A DNA stretch of 20,000 bases, taken from the IMG/VR virus record IMGVR_UViG_3300033064_004300. One strand, written 5' to 3'. Position numbers and translations under genes: made by a program. This stretch comes from an uncultured virus (IMG/VR IMGVR_UViG_3300033064_004300). Taxonomy: Duplodnaviria > Heunggongvirae > Uroviricota > Caudoviricetes. The notes under the pieces are model-generated. The model searched no databases and was not told where the DNA came from. It worked only from the letters and a program-made list of their open reading frames with translations. Shown here piece by piece: positions 1 to 7,805 of this stretch (its first letter is position 1; every line of letters starts with the position of its first letter).

Positions 1-2529
1 AGCTGCTGGCTTGTAGCCACAAGCTCTACAAAAGTTCGCATAGCTAGGATAGAGAGCACCGTATGAGTTTGAGACGTACATACCTTTCTCAGACTCGTCT
101 ACTGAAGGTTTTCTAGCTCCCTGACCAACCGGTGTGGTTGTGTTAGGAGCGTACAAACAACAGTCATTTAGCCAGGACACAAACTGATTGTTAAACAAAA
201 GAGCATCGATGTTTGTTTTGTTTAGTGAAGGTACGTGTTTAGTCGGATTGGCTAGAACGTCTTTCATCTGATCGTAAGGAAGGGATAGAGCCCAGGTCAC
301 AATGCCGCTCATTTCTGGTTCAAACGTACCCTCAATGCGATCATCGTGAACGCTTATCAATTCTTTTCTAGAGCTAGGAGGAACCACTTTGTCCATCAGT
401 ATCGTTAACCGTCTTCTTTCAAGACCACTGCTCGAGTCATTAGATGTGATGTGTTCGTTACTAGCAATGCAAACTAGACACTCAGGTTTAAAGCTAATTA
501 TTTCTTTACCGTATTTACGTTCGGCACGTAGTGTATCCGAAGCTGAAGTAAGTTTTTTAAGTATGTCCATACGCTTGTTGTAGTTGCTTTCATCTGTGAG
601 CAGCAGCAATCTTTTACTGATCAAGTTGTACGTTTCAAATTTATTGGTTTCAATAATCTCAAGGCTTGAAGTGTGAGTGCCGTGAAAACCCGCTAGAGCC
701 ACCATGATCTGCTGCATGGTCGACTTACCCGTGCCGCCTGGACCCACTAGGTGCAAGAAGCGTTCTCCTGCTGTATATCCGGTAAGTATCGCTCTAGCAA
801 AAGCTTGTATTAGAAGCTCTTGACCTGCGTTTAGTGAGCTCTGTAACCAAGCTTTAAACTGTGGACATTGAGCTTTGCCGTTATAGGCGTACTGCAATTT
901 GTGCCTTAGGAATAAATTTTTGTGCTTACCCTCAAGAAACTCGAATGTCCGAGTATCAAGCACTCCGTTTTGGAAAGCGATAAGACCTCTAGATTTACTC
1001 CATATACTTTTCCGGCCACCGTCATCGGAACGTAATAGCTTTGCTTTTAAAATTAAGTAGACACTATTTATAGTCGCCGAAGTGTACTTAGGTAGTACAC
1101 CTGCAAGTACAAACGAATCTAGAGCTTTTACAATCCGGCGCTTGATGTGCTGCTCGTCTTGTTGATACCACAGGTCGTAATCAAAGTCGTAGTGGTAAAA
1201 CTGGTCAAGGCTACTGTCGTATAAAAAATCGTCGCCTTGATTCGTAACAATGATATCCGCAACATCATTCTCTGAGAACTGCCTGTTCTGACTGTTGCCT
1301 GCATTCTGTAGGTTGATTAACTGCGTGGGTGTAGAGGGAACGTTCATTTGCTTTTGTTGTGTGTTTGTTGTGAGCTCTGCTGTGTCTTTTGAGTCAATTG
1401 GCGCTTCTAGCAGGAAAGAAGAAAAATCGAGCACAGCGTTTACTTGTGCTTTCTTTAACTGTTTAAGTTGTTCTTGAACGATTGGTGTGACTGTTTGTTC
1501 ATAGATTTTTGGATTGTTATTCTTAATTTTTTTCCAAACGGCTAACGAGCCTAGATCAGAAGCTAAGGCGATAGCTGGTTGGATCGCAGCTGTGTCGCGT
1601 ATTGAATTTAGAATTCGGTCAAATTTACCGTCCAGGTCGTGAGGGTATGCATAGATATTATAGAACGCTTGGTGAGCTATCGTCAACGGTGATACGCACA
1701 CAGGTATCTGGTGTGCTTCTAACCAATTGCTCCAACCTATGAGTTCTTTAAAGACGCCAGCCATGGTTGAGCTTCGGTCTTCTACAGCTTCCCCGTCAAG
1801 GACAGCACGAACTGTATTGGCTACAAGTTTTTTTAGATCAACCCCTTCTTCGTTGGTGGTAAGTGCATTAAGTATGTCTTCTGCTCTTTTGTCATTTATG
1901 TCTTCTTCCTTTGGTAGAGCCAAGTAAATCTTATGGGCTTCGTCTTGTTTGGCCGCTGGAATGAAGTTACTTGACAGTTCAAAAACTTTCTCCCCTTTGC
2001 GAGGTCCATAGAAAAGATTAGGTACCGTCGTGGCCCGAATATCTGAGCCAGGAATCTGAGCGTAAATCTTTTGGGTGAAGAACTTATAAAAGCCGGGATC
2101 GATTATTGGCTTCTCTAAGCCAAACACCAGTCGGAACCGTGGCCATGTTGGAGTTGTTGACGGTGAGTAATAGGCTAAGGTTAAATATTTTTTACAGATA
2201 TCTAACTCAAGTGCTTCTTCGAATGTAAGTTCCTGGCGTTGTACTTTATTTCCCTCAGAATCTTTTCGATCTTCTTGATTATCTATGTCGACAATTATCA
2301 TGCCCGCTCTTATAACACCAGTTGTTTCTGACTGCCTCTTTCCTTCGAGTAGATGCCAAGCGCATAGTCCGTATCCTTGAGCAAGCTCGGCAGCTAACTC
2401 AGGTGCCGATAATTCTTTTGCGTCCCAGTTGAGATTAAAAGCTGCAAAATTACCACCTATGGGTATCTTGCCGGTTTTAGGGTGGACGTGCTTAGCGACC
2501 TCTTCGTTTACAGAACAGATGAACTTCAT
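1..2529 (-). CDS. Primase-helicase fusion: N-terminal AEP/PrimPol-like domain plus C-terminal D5/P4-type SF3 helicase; 3'-truncated by the window edge
   Basis: Hand-translated from ATG at 2529 (MKFICSVNEEVAKHVHPK...), open to base 1 (843 codons). N-terminal IIVDIDN (DxD) and YYSPS...PRFRLVF. D5_N-like LIAFQNGVLD, Walker A GPGGTGKS (721-744), Walker B LLLLTDE, motif C CIASN, Arg finger LERRRL. Confidence 0.93.
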   Translation of the reverse strand, partial: MKFICSVNEEVAKHVHPKTGKIPIGGNFAAFNLNWDAKELSAPELAAELAQGYGLCAWHLLEGKRQSETTGVIRAGMIIVDIDNQEDRKDSEGNKVQRQELTFEEALELDICKKYLTLAYYSPSTTPTWPRFRLVFGLEKPIIDPGFYKFFTQKIYAQIPGSDIRATTVPNLFYGPRKGEKVFELSSNFIPAAKQDEAHKIYLALPKEEDINDKRAEDILNALTTNEEGVDLKKLVANTVRAVLDGEAVEDRSSTMAGVFKELIGWSNWLEAHQIPVCVSPLTIAHQAFYNIYAYPHDLDGKFDRILNSIRDTAAIQPAIALASDLGSLAVWKKIKNNNPKIYEQTVTPIVQEQLKQLKKAQVNAVLDFSSFLLEAPIDSKDTAELTTNTQQKQMNVPSTPTQLINLQNAGNSQNRQFSENDVADIIVTNQGDDFLYDSSLDQFYHYDFDYDLWYQQDEQHIKRRIVKALDSFVLAGVLPKYTSATINSVYLILKAKLLRSDDGGRKSIWSKSRGLIAFQNGVLDTRTFEFLEGKHKNLFLRHKLQYAYNGKAQCPQFKAWLQSSLNAGQELLIQAFARAILTGYTAGERFLHLVGPGGTGKSTMQQIMVALAGFHGTHTSSLEIIETNKFETYNLISKRLLLLTDESNYNKRMDILKKLTSASDTLRAERKYGKEIISFKPECLVCIASNEHITSNDSSSGLERRRLTILMDKVVPPSSRKELISVHDDRIEGTFEPEMSGIVTWALSLPYDQMKDVLANPTKHVPSLNKTNIDALLFNNQFVSWLNDCCLYAPNTTTPVGQGARKPSVDESEKGMYVSNSYGALYPSYANFCRACGYKPAA

Positions 2530-2620
2530 GGTGTGTCTTGGATAGCTTAGTCTGATAGCAAAAGGGTTTTAAACCCGAAAGAAACTATGTAAACTTGCGA
2601 CTTAGTATTTCGCTGATCGG

Positions 2621-3403
2621 TCATGTAGTGGGAGTCTGCATCTCGTAATATTGCTTCACAACCTCAAACCAACTTTCTTCATCTCTTTCAATTTCTTCGG
2701 CGCCAAATGTAAATACCTGCGTACTAAATTCTTTTATTGCTGTAGCCACTATTATCTGAGTTTTGTTTATTTTAATGCCTAGACAACTTTCAGCTGCGGC
2801 TTTATAAGCAGCTAGTTGCAGTCTTGTTTTCTTTACTTTAAATACACCAGAAATCAGAGCCTTTCTAGTTTGGTCGCTCATTACTTGGTCTTTCTTTGGA
2901 AATTTTGCGGCGTAGGGTCCGTTACTGGTTTTAAAGTCAGCCAAAATTATTTCGGCGTTTTCGTTCATGTAAATCAAATCACAGCAGCCGGCGTAACCAT
3001 GCCCCGTGGTTGGGTCGTAATAGTGAATTCGCCCAACCCCGTCGTCACCAACATATTTGCTCCACTTAGGTTGGTTAAATGGTTTTTCTGACCATAGTAC
3101 CCGACCACCGTGCATGAGTTTGTCTACAAGCTCCGGTAAGTCATCCCAGAATAATTTGTACTTTTCTGGGGGAACGACACGCAGACCTTTTAAATAATTT
3201 TCAACACTGCTGTGAACCCAGTTACCTCTTTCAGCTGCTTGGTCGGCAACACCAGGGTTCATCAAGTTCCAGTGTACTAATTTTTGACGTGTTTTTTCTG
3301 TCTGCGCCGTACTTAAAATCGAGGTTACGGAGGGGAGTGGCTTAGGAACGCCGTTGCAAACGTAGTGCCTTAAGCCATTTAAAGTTACCCGTGTTTGGGT
3401 CAC
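2621..3403 (-). CDS. PD-(D/E)XK phage exonuclease (RecB-like/MGME1-like)
   Basis: LPSVTSIL, AERGNWVHS, SE, YAGCCDLI, ILADFKTS and QLAAY motifs in canonical order; GTG start. Confidence 0.88.
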   Translation of the reverse strand: MTQTRVTLNGLRHYVCNGVPKPLPSVTSILSTAQTEKTRQKLVHWNLMNPGVADQAAERGNWVHSSVENYLKGLRVVPPEKYKLFWDDLPELVDKLMHGGRVLWSEKPFNQPKWSKYVGDDGVGRIHYYDPTTGHGYAGCCDLIYMNENAEIILADFKTSNGPYAAKFPKKDQVMSDQTRKALISGVFKVKKTRLQLAAYKAAAESCLGIKINKTQIIVATAIKEFSTQVFTFGAEEIERDEESWFEVVKQYYEMQTPTT

Positions 3404-3428
3404 GATGTGTATGCCAACTTATACAAGT

Positions 3429-3767
3429 CTAAAAGGAACTTAGGACTGTATTCTTTTCATTATCACCTTCGTCATCTTCATCGTTATCATCAGCGTCCTC
3501 ATCATCATCTACAAAGAACTCTTGTTCCTGATATTTGTAGTCTCTATTACGCTGGTCCAAATCACTCATAAGGCAGAGCGCCGCAGAAAAACCGTCAAGG
3601 GTAATTGTTGCACAGTCTTCAGCTGGTCGTGCTTCACCTTGGTGGTCGACGCACTCTGTGAGTAATTGTGTGCTGACTAAAACTGTTGCGATCTTCTCAA
3701 GCTTGAGAATTTGTTCTTTCTGTAGAGCTACAAGCTGCTCTATTGCTTTTTGCAGTTGGTCACTCAT
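3429..3767 (-). CDS. Hypothetical protein with N-terminal coiled coil and highly acidic C-terminal tail
   Basis: 112-aa ORF whose start overlaps the upstream stop; tail DDDEDADDNDEDDEGD. Confidence 0.75.
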   Translation of the reverse strand: MSDQLQKAIEQLVALQKEQILKLEKIATVLVSTQLLTECVDHQGEARPAEDCATITLDGFSAALCLMSDLDQRNRDYKYQEQEFFVDDDEDADDNDEDDEGDNEKNTVLSSF

Positions 3768-4296
3768 TGGTAGGAGTCCTGGGGCGGAGCCAGCTTACTT
3801 CGTAATCGATAACTGTACCTGTAAATCTCTGTTCTTGTTTTTTGAAGAAGAACCACCCTGATGTCACTGAGTCTTTTAGTTGTTTACCGTCCGCACGGAA
3901 TGCTGGTCTAGGACTTAAAATCTTTAGATTTGCTAAGGATGCTGATTTAAGAAACGTTTCGCGGTTCCGTACAGGTTCAAGGAAAGTAATCCGATCGAGA
4001 ATGCAAACACCTTGAGACGCAATGTCTAGACCGTATTCAATAATCCATGGAGTGTATTCTTTTAATCCTTGAGTCACAGCGATGACCCAATCGATCTTTC
4101 CCCTCTGAGTTTCCCACCAGGCTTTATCTTGTATATTGTTCTCCAGTGTGTTTGTGACAATGTCTGTCAAACCAGACTCTTTTACTTGCTCTAGAAGTTG
4201 CCCGTTAAAGTCTGCGGGAAGGAGGATTGTGCCAGAGCATAATTTAGAATCAGCTACAGGACCAAAAATAAATCTTGGCACGTGGTAAAACGCCAT
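3760..4296 (-). CDS. Degenerate homolog of small phage N6-adenine DNA methyltransferases, probably catalytically inactive
   Basis: Family scaffold recognisable (FYHVP, ILLP..G, DWVI, GVCILDRITFLEP..R..FL, RPAF, DSVTSGWFFF), but EPxAGxG reads LPADFNG and TNPPF reads AVTQG. Confidence 0.65.
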   Translation of the reverse strand: MAFYHVPRFIFGPVADSKLCSGTILLPADFNGQLLEQVKESGLTDIVTNTLENNIQDKAWWETQRGKIDWVIAVTQGLKEYTPWIIEYGLDIASQGVCILDRITFLEPVRNRETFLKSASLANLKILSPRPAFRADGKQLKDSVTSGWFFFKKQEQRFTGTVIDYEVSWLRPRTPTNE

Positions 4297-4324
4297 AGAC
4301 CGTCGATAACTTTTTATAGATGAG

Positions 4325-4350
4325 AAAAAAGCGCCCCCTTGCGAAGGCGC
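4325..4350 (-). terminator. Rho-independent terminator after the 277-aa gene
   Basis: Minus strand GCGCCTTCGCAAGGGGGCGC followed by TTTTTT; GC-rich stem plus U-tract, 26 nt after the stop codon at 4377. Confidence 0.8.
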
Positions 4351-4376
4351 GTCCCCATGTCCTTAAACAGTTTACG

Positions 4377-5210
4377 CTAGAAATCCAAACCAGCAGCTTT
4401 AAGTGCAGCTTTCTGTTCGTCGTTTAGTTCCTTTCCCTTTGAGGGTTTTGAACTAGGAACAGGCTCGGGTGTTTCTTCTTTGGTCTTCTTAGGAGCCTCG
4501 GCTGTTGGTGGCAGAGACGCTTGCTGGTGCTCATAGGCACCCTCTAATCTCTTTGGATTTGCTTCCGCAAAGAGAGCTTTAATATCTGCATGGTCTTCTC
4601 CCAAAGGTAGTTCGACCAAATTAGAACCGGGGATAGAAGAGCGAAGTGCAGCTGATACCAACTCTCCTCCACTAGTCTCAAGCCACGATGTGACATCGTG
4701 AATGAGTTTTTTCTCCTCATCGGTTTCTGTTGGGCGATCTTTGAACTCTAATGCGTTGTAGTTTATTTTCGGACCGTCGGCACCTGTAAAAGAATCCCTT
4801 TCGTTAAAGGATTTTTGTACAAACTTTGTAATCGTTATAACTTCACCTACATTTATACGGTTGTTATATAGAGTCTGGAAGTACGTGATAAAGTTTTTTT
4901 GGCTCGACTTGCCGCTAATAATACTCGTGCAAACACACCGTGGAGGTAGTAAACGATGGTTAGGGGACACACCGATATAGCTAATTCGAATAAACTCTTC
5001 GTGCGACCGCATTCCGAGATTGCCGAAATAGGGCGTAAAACCAAGCAAGATAAACTCAATGGGTATGCCGTTGTCGTTCGTGTCAACAATGGCCGCCTCA
5101 GGATCACTGTCGGATTTCCAACGACGAGCCTGAAGATCAATACGTAGTGTGTGTGGCGGGATCTGACAAAGGATTTCATCAGCCGAAAATTTGCCTGCGA
5201 TAAATACCAT
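4377..5210 (-). CDS. Hypothetical 277-aa protein, candidate ssDNA-binding or recombination protein
   Basis: Beta-rich N-terminal ~160 aa, Pro/Glu/Lys-rich disordered tail, ends AAGLDF. Starts 6 nt downstream of the SSB-like gene. Function is inferred from context only. Confidence 0.6.
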   Translation of the reverse strand: MVFIAGKFSADEILCQIPPHTLRIDLQARRWKSDSDPEAAIVDTNDNGIPIEFILLGFTPYFGNLGMRSHEEFIRISYIGVSPNHRLLPPRCVCTSIISGKSSQKNFITYFQTLYNNRINVGEVITITKFVQKSFNERDSFTGADGPKINYNALEFKDRPTETDEEKKLIHDVTSWLETSGGELVSAALRSSIPGSNLVELPLGEDHADIKALFAEANPKRLEGAYEHQQASLPPTAEAPKKTKEETPEPVPSSKPSKGKELNDEQKAALKAAGLDF

Positions 5211-5216
5211 GATTAG

Positions 5217-5861
5217 TTAGAGAGAGAAGTCGAGAGAACCGAGAGCAGAAGGAGACACACGACCCTTTTCAGGATCAGCAGCCCGTGTGGGAGCGGCCTT
5301 TTGTGTGCGGGGCAGATAAAGAATTTTATCCACGCCATAGTTTAGAAAAATTCGTTCGTCTTTTTCGGATGTGCTTATCCGTCCAACAGCAATCGTTGGG
5401 GTACCTGCGGCTAGATCTGCCAGCTGAGCTGACAGCTCATTCCAACAAGAGATTTTCATCCAATTTGTTTCTTGGTTTTCGTCCTGCCAAGCTAAAGATC
5501 GGTTTGTGACGGTATTGTCACCAAGTTGATTTTCTTCGGCTTTTGGTCCCAAACCACCTGTAGCAATAAATAAATTAATCGCCAGTAGATCTTCCCAGTT
5601 GTCATTTCTGACAACCAGCATTGGTTGCATCTTAAGCAGACCATCGGGATCGGATTTTGTGGGTCCGATAGCAAGAAAGATTTCTTTTTCTTTTAGTTTA
5701 CTTAGAAGTTTTCCCACATAATGATCAGATTTTTGACTTAATAATACTTTGGTTGGGATCTTTCTTTCAGTTGAGGGTAAAGCTTCAGCGTTTAATTCAC
5801 AGGAGCCTTCTCGTTCAATTGATTCGTTTGTGACTCGTAAGCCAAGAAGCAGGATGTTCAT
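5217..5861 (-). CDS. ssb: Single-stranded DNA-binding protein with tandem OB folds
   Basis: Second half has the SSB pattern NLFIATGGLG...SLAW...TNWMKISCWNELSAQL...GTPTIAVGRI. First half (MNILLLG...PTKVLL...IFLAIG) parallels it. Confidence 0.75.
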   Translation of the reverse strand: MNILLLGLRVTNESIEREGSCELNAEALPSTERKIPTKVLLSQKSDHYVGKLLSKLKEKEIFLAIGPTKSDPDGLLKMQPMLVVRNDNWEDLLAINLFIATGGLGPKAEENQLGDNTVTNRSLAWQDENQETNWMKISCWNELSAQLADLAAGTPTIAVGRISTSEKDERIFLNYGVDKILYLPRTQKAAPTRAADPEKGRVSPSALGSLDFSL

Positions 5862-6385
5862 TTTTTAAACAAGCGGTAGATCGAAGAGCGGTGGACTTTA
5901 AAAACCTTAGCAATCTCCTTTACGGGGACGCCTTGGCTTGCGAAGGCTAGCGCCAATCGCTTATCCGCGCTAGTGAGTTTAGAGGCTTTCATTGTTTTGT
6001 AAGTATTGTGGAAGGGATTGACGCAGTTTTTTCGCCTGCATTTTGGGAGAACGTAAAGATCTTTAGGAATGTCTAAGTAGCTTAGTACTAGTGGCCGCAC
6101 GTAGTATCGCAGACCAAACGAATATATGACAGGCGTATTATTGCAATATGTTTCTTGCCATACAGCACAATCTTTGTGACTGAAGCTGCTGTAAGCAAGG
6201 TTTTTAAAGAACTCACTAAGTAAGGTAGATTTTATTTGTTCGTACGTCAGTGTGAAAGCATCCGCTGTGAATGCTCGAGCTATATCTTTAGCTTGCGCAC
6301 TTGCGTGGTTACTGTCGTTAGCTGTTAAATCAAGCCGTAATTCTTTTTTGTTCTTTTCTATTAGTAAGCAATATTTAATTGTCAC
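5858..6385 (-). CDS. Degenerate HNH/zinc-binding domain fused to a C-terminal HTH
   Basis: CAVW...VLPKCRRKNCVNPFH resembles phage HNH CWxW...VxHxCxNxxCVNPxH. KLTSAD...GVPVKEIAKVFKVHRSSIYRL is an HTH. ATGA overlap with ssb. Confidence 0.75.
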   Translation of the reverse strand: MTIKYCLLIEKNKKELRLDLTANDSNHASAQAKDIARAFTADAFTLTYEQIKSTLLSEFFKNLAYSSFSHKDCAVWQETYCNNTPVIYSFGLRYYVRPLVLSYLDIPKDLYVLPKCRRKNCVNPFHNTYKTMKASKLTSADKRLALAFASQGVPVKEIAKVFKVHRSSIYRLFKK

Positions 6386-6400
6386 TGAAATGCGACTGTC

Positions 6401-7507
6401 TTAAACTCTCAGTTGATCGTAAAGACCACCACCACCGGGTAGGTTTTGTAACCGTAGTGCTGATTGATTTTTATCTAAGAAATCTTTGATTTCTTTGTCG
6501 GCAAATCCTTGTCTCCGAGCATAATCGAGATCCTCTTGACCAAAGAAAGTAGCGTCCTGACCAAACTCGGTGGATATATTTCCTTTTGGACGAAGTTCTT
6601 CTCTGTCAGATTCTCTAAAAACTTGCGATTGATAAGGATCTGTGAATTTTGGTTGAGCGCTGACTGATTGAGTAGCTGCAGCAGCCGGTTGGCTTGCTGT
6701 CGGGGTGCTTAGTTTCGCACTCAGTTGATCATAAAGACCACCACCACCTTTTACGTTTTGTTCCCGTAGAAGACCTGGGCTGGCGTCTAAAAAGGTTTTA
6801 ATCTGTTGATCTGTGAACCCTTGTTTCCGAGCTTCGTCCAGATCTTGACCACCAAAATATTTCGGGTCTTGACCATATTGTGTAGATATAGTTTTAGTCG
6901 TAGGTTGCGTAAGATTTGCAACTTTTGCGGGGTCAGCCATTCGTACTAAACCATATCCGCTAGCCCCGCTGCCGTATAAACCTGCATTAACGTCCCGCTC
7001 AACGTCTGGATTGTTCAATGATTGATTAAGTTTTAAGTTGTCTATTATCCCCTGAGCCACGCTCAATCGTCCTGTGCCAAAAAACTGTTGATTTTTATTA
7101 AGATAAGTTTTAACGTCCTCGTCAGAGAACCCTGCGGCTTTGGCTGCTTCTAGATCCCTTGCACCAAATCCTGGGCCTCCTAAATTTCCTGCGGAGAAGA
7201 AATCGTAAGTTTTTTTTGCATCGGGAGTGGTCGGTGAGGTCGGTGAGGTTGGAGGGGCAGTGAATGCCTGTTGAGCCTGTGGGGTGAGAGAAAACTCTGT
7301 GGTCGTTGTAGGGGTTTTTGGTGTTTTATAAGCTAATACTCCTCCACGGCCTTTTGTTACAGCAGAAGTTTTAAAGCCAGGCGCAAACCCTTCGAATTGT
7401 TGATTTCCATCCTCATCCTCAGCAAAAAACGACAACAGATCTAGACCTAGTGCCTGTCCTGCGCCACGTAAATAGTCTTGTGGGGCTTTAAATCTAGATT
7501 TGGTCAT
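6401..7507 (-). CDS. Hypothetical repeat-containing protein (three FGxxDLxxAxxxGFxDxxIKxFL units joined by Thr/Pro/Ala/Gln-rich linkers)
   Basis: 368-aa ORF; the repeats are visible in the translation. Confidence 0.8.
   Translation of the reverse strand: MTKSRFKAPQDYLRGAGQALGLDLLSFFAEDEDGNQQFEGFAPGFKTSAVTKGRGGVLAYKTPKTPTTTTEFSLTPQAQQAFTAPPTSPTSPTTPDAKKTYDFFSAGNLGGPGFGARDLEAAKAAGFSDEDVKTYLNKNQQFFGTGRLSVAQGIIDNLKLNQSLNNPDVERDVNAGLYGSGASGYGLVRMADPAKVANLTQPTTKTISTQYGQDPKYFGGQDLDEARKQGFTDQQIKTFLDASPGLLREQNVKGGGGLYDQLSAKLSTPTASQPAAAATQSVSAQPKFTDPYQSQVFRESDREELRPKGNISTEFGQDATFFGQEDLDYARRQGFADKEIKDFLDKNQSALRLQNLPGGGGLYDQLRV
6408..6748. repeat. Direct repeat pair, 29 nt with 1 mismatch, marking the ends of the duplicated protein domain
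   Basis: ctcagttgatcgtaaagaccaccaccacc (6408-6436) vs ctcagttgatcataaagaccaccaccacc (6720-6748); both encode GGGGLYDQL. Confidence 0.9.
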
Positions 7508-7552
7508 GCTTTCAGGAACTCTATCTTTAGTAGTATAGTTTAAAAATTAAAC

Positions 7553-7786
7553 TTAATCCGGTGCTTCAAACGTCTTAAAGCCTGCAAATTGTTTTGCGGC
7601 ACGTAGGTTACCCGTCAGGCGCGGTTCGTTTCGTGAGCTTTCTTGCTCTTCTTGTATCTGCGGTCCTGTCTTTGTCTTTCTTCTGTAAGTCTCGCGTAAG
7701 CCTGGGAAGTACTCCAAAAGTTTTGAAGCGTCCGTGGAATCATCGACTGCGACTCCAAAATAATCTCCGGCGTATCTAGTGGCCAT
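7553..7786 (-). CDS. Hypothetical protein (77 aa)
   Basis: ATG start; fills the gap between neighbours on the coding strand. Confidence 0.7.
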   Translation of the reverse strand: MATRYAGDYFGVAVDDSTDASKLLEYFPGLRETYRRKTKTGPQIQEEQESSRNEPRLTGNLRAAKQFAGFKTFEAPD

Positions 7787-7805
7787 AATTAAACTTTTTT
7801 TAATT

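Noticed and set aside
389..1927. Plus-strand ORFs 389-583, 1295-1477 and 1727-1927
   Set aside because: Antisense shadows of the primase-helicase frame; no motifs.
2621..3403. Exonuclease as Cas4
   Set aside because: It lacks the C-terminal Cys triad for the Fe-S cluster and there is no CRISPR context.
4853..5179. 108-aa same-strand alternative-frame ORF nested in the 277-aa gene (likewise 5492-5674, 12897-13088, 14509-14703)
   Set aside because: No motifs or independent start signals; ORFs of this length can arise by chance. Overprinting cannot be excluded without homolog comparison.
6408..6890. Repeat pair as a possible DGR template/variable region or CRISPR repeat
   Set aside because: Only two copies, both in frame within one protein. 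Differences across the domain are not restricted to adenines, and there is no reverse transcriptase or cas gene in the window.
7229..7250. Short 9-nt tandem repeat (ggtcggtga)
   Set aside because: It simply encodes the PTSPTSPT linker.
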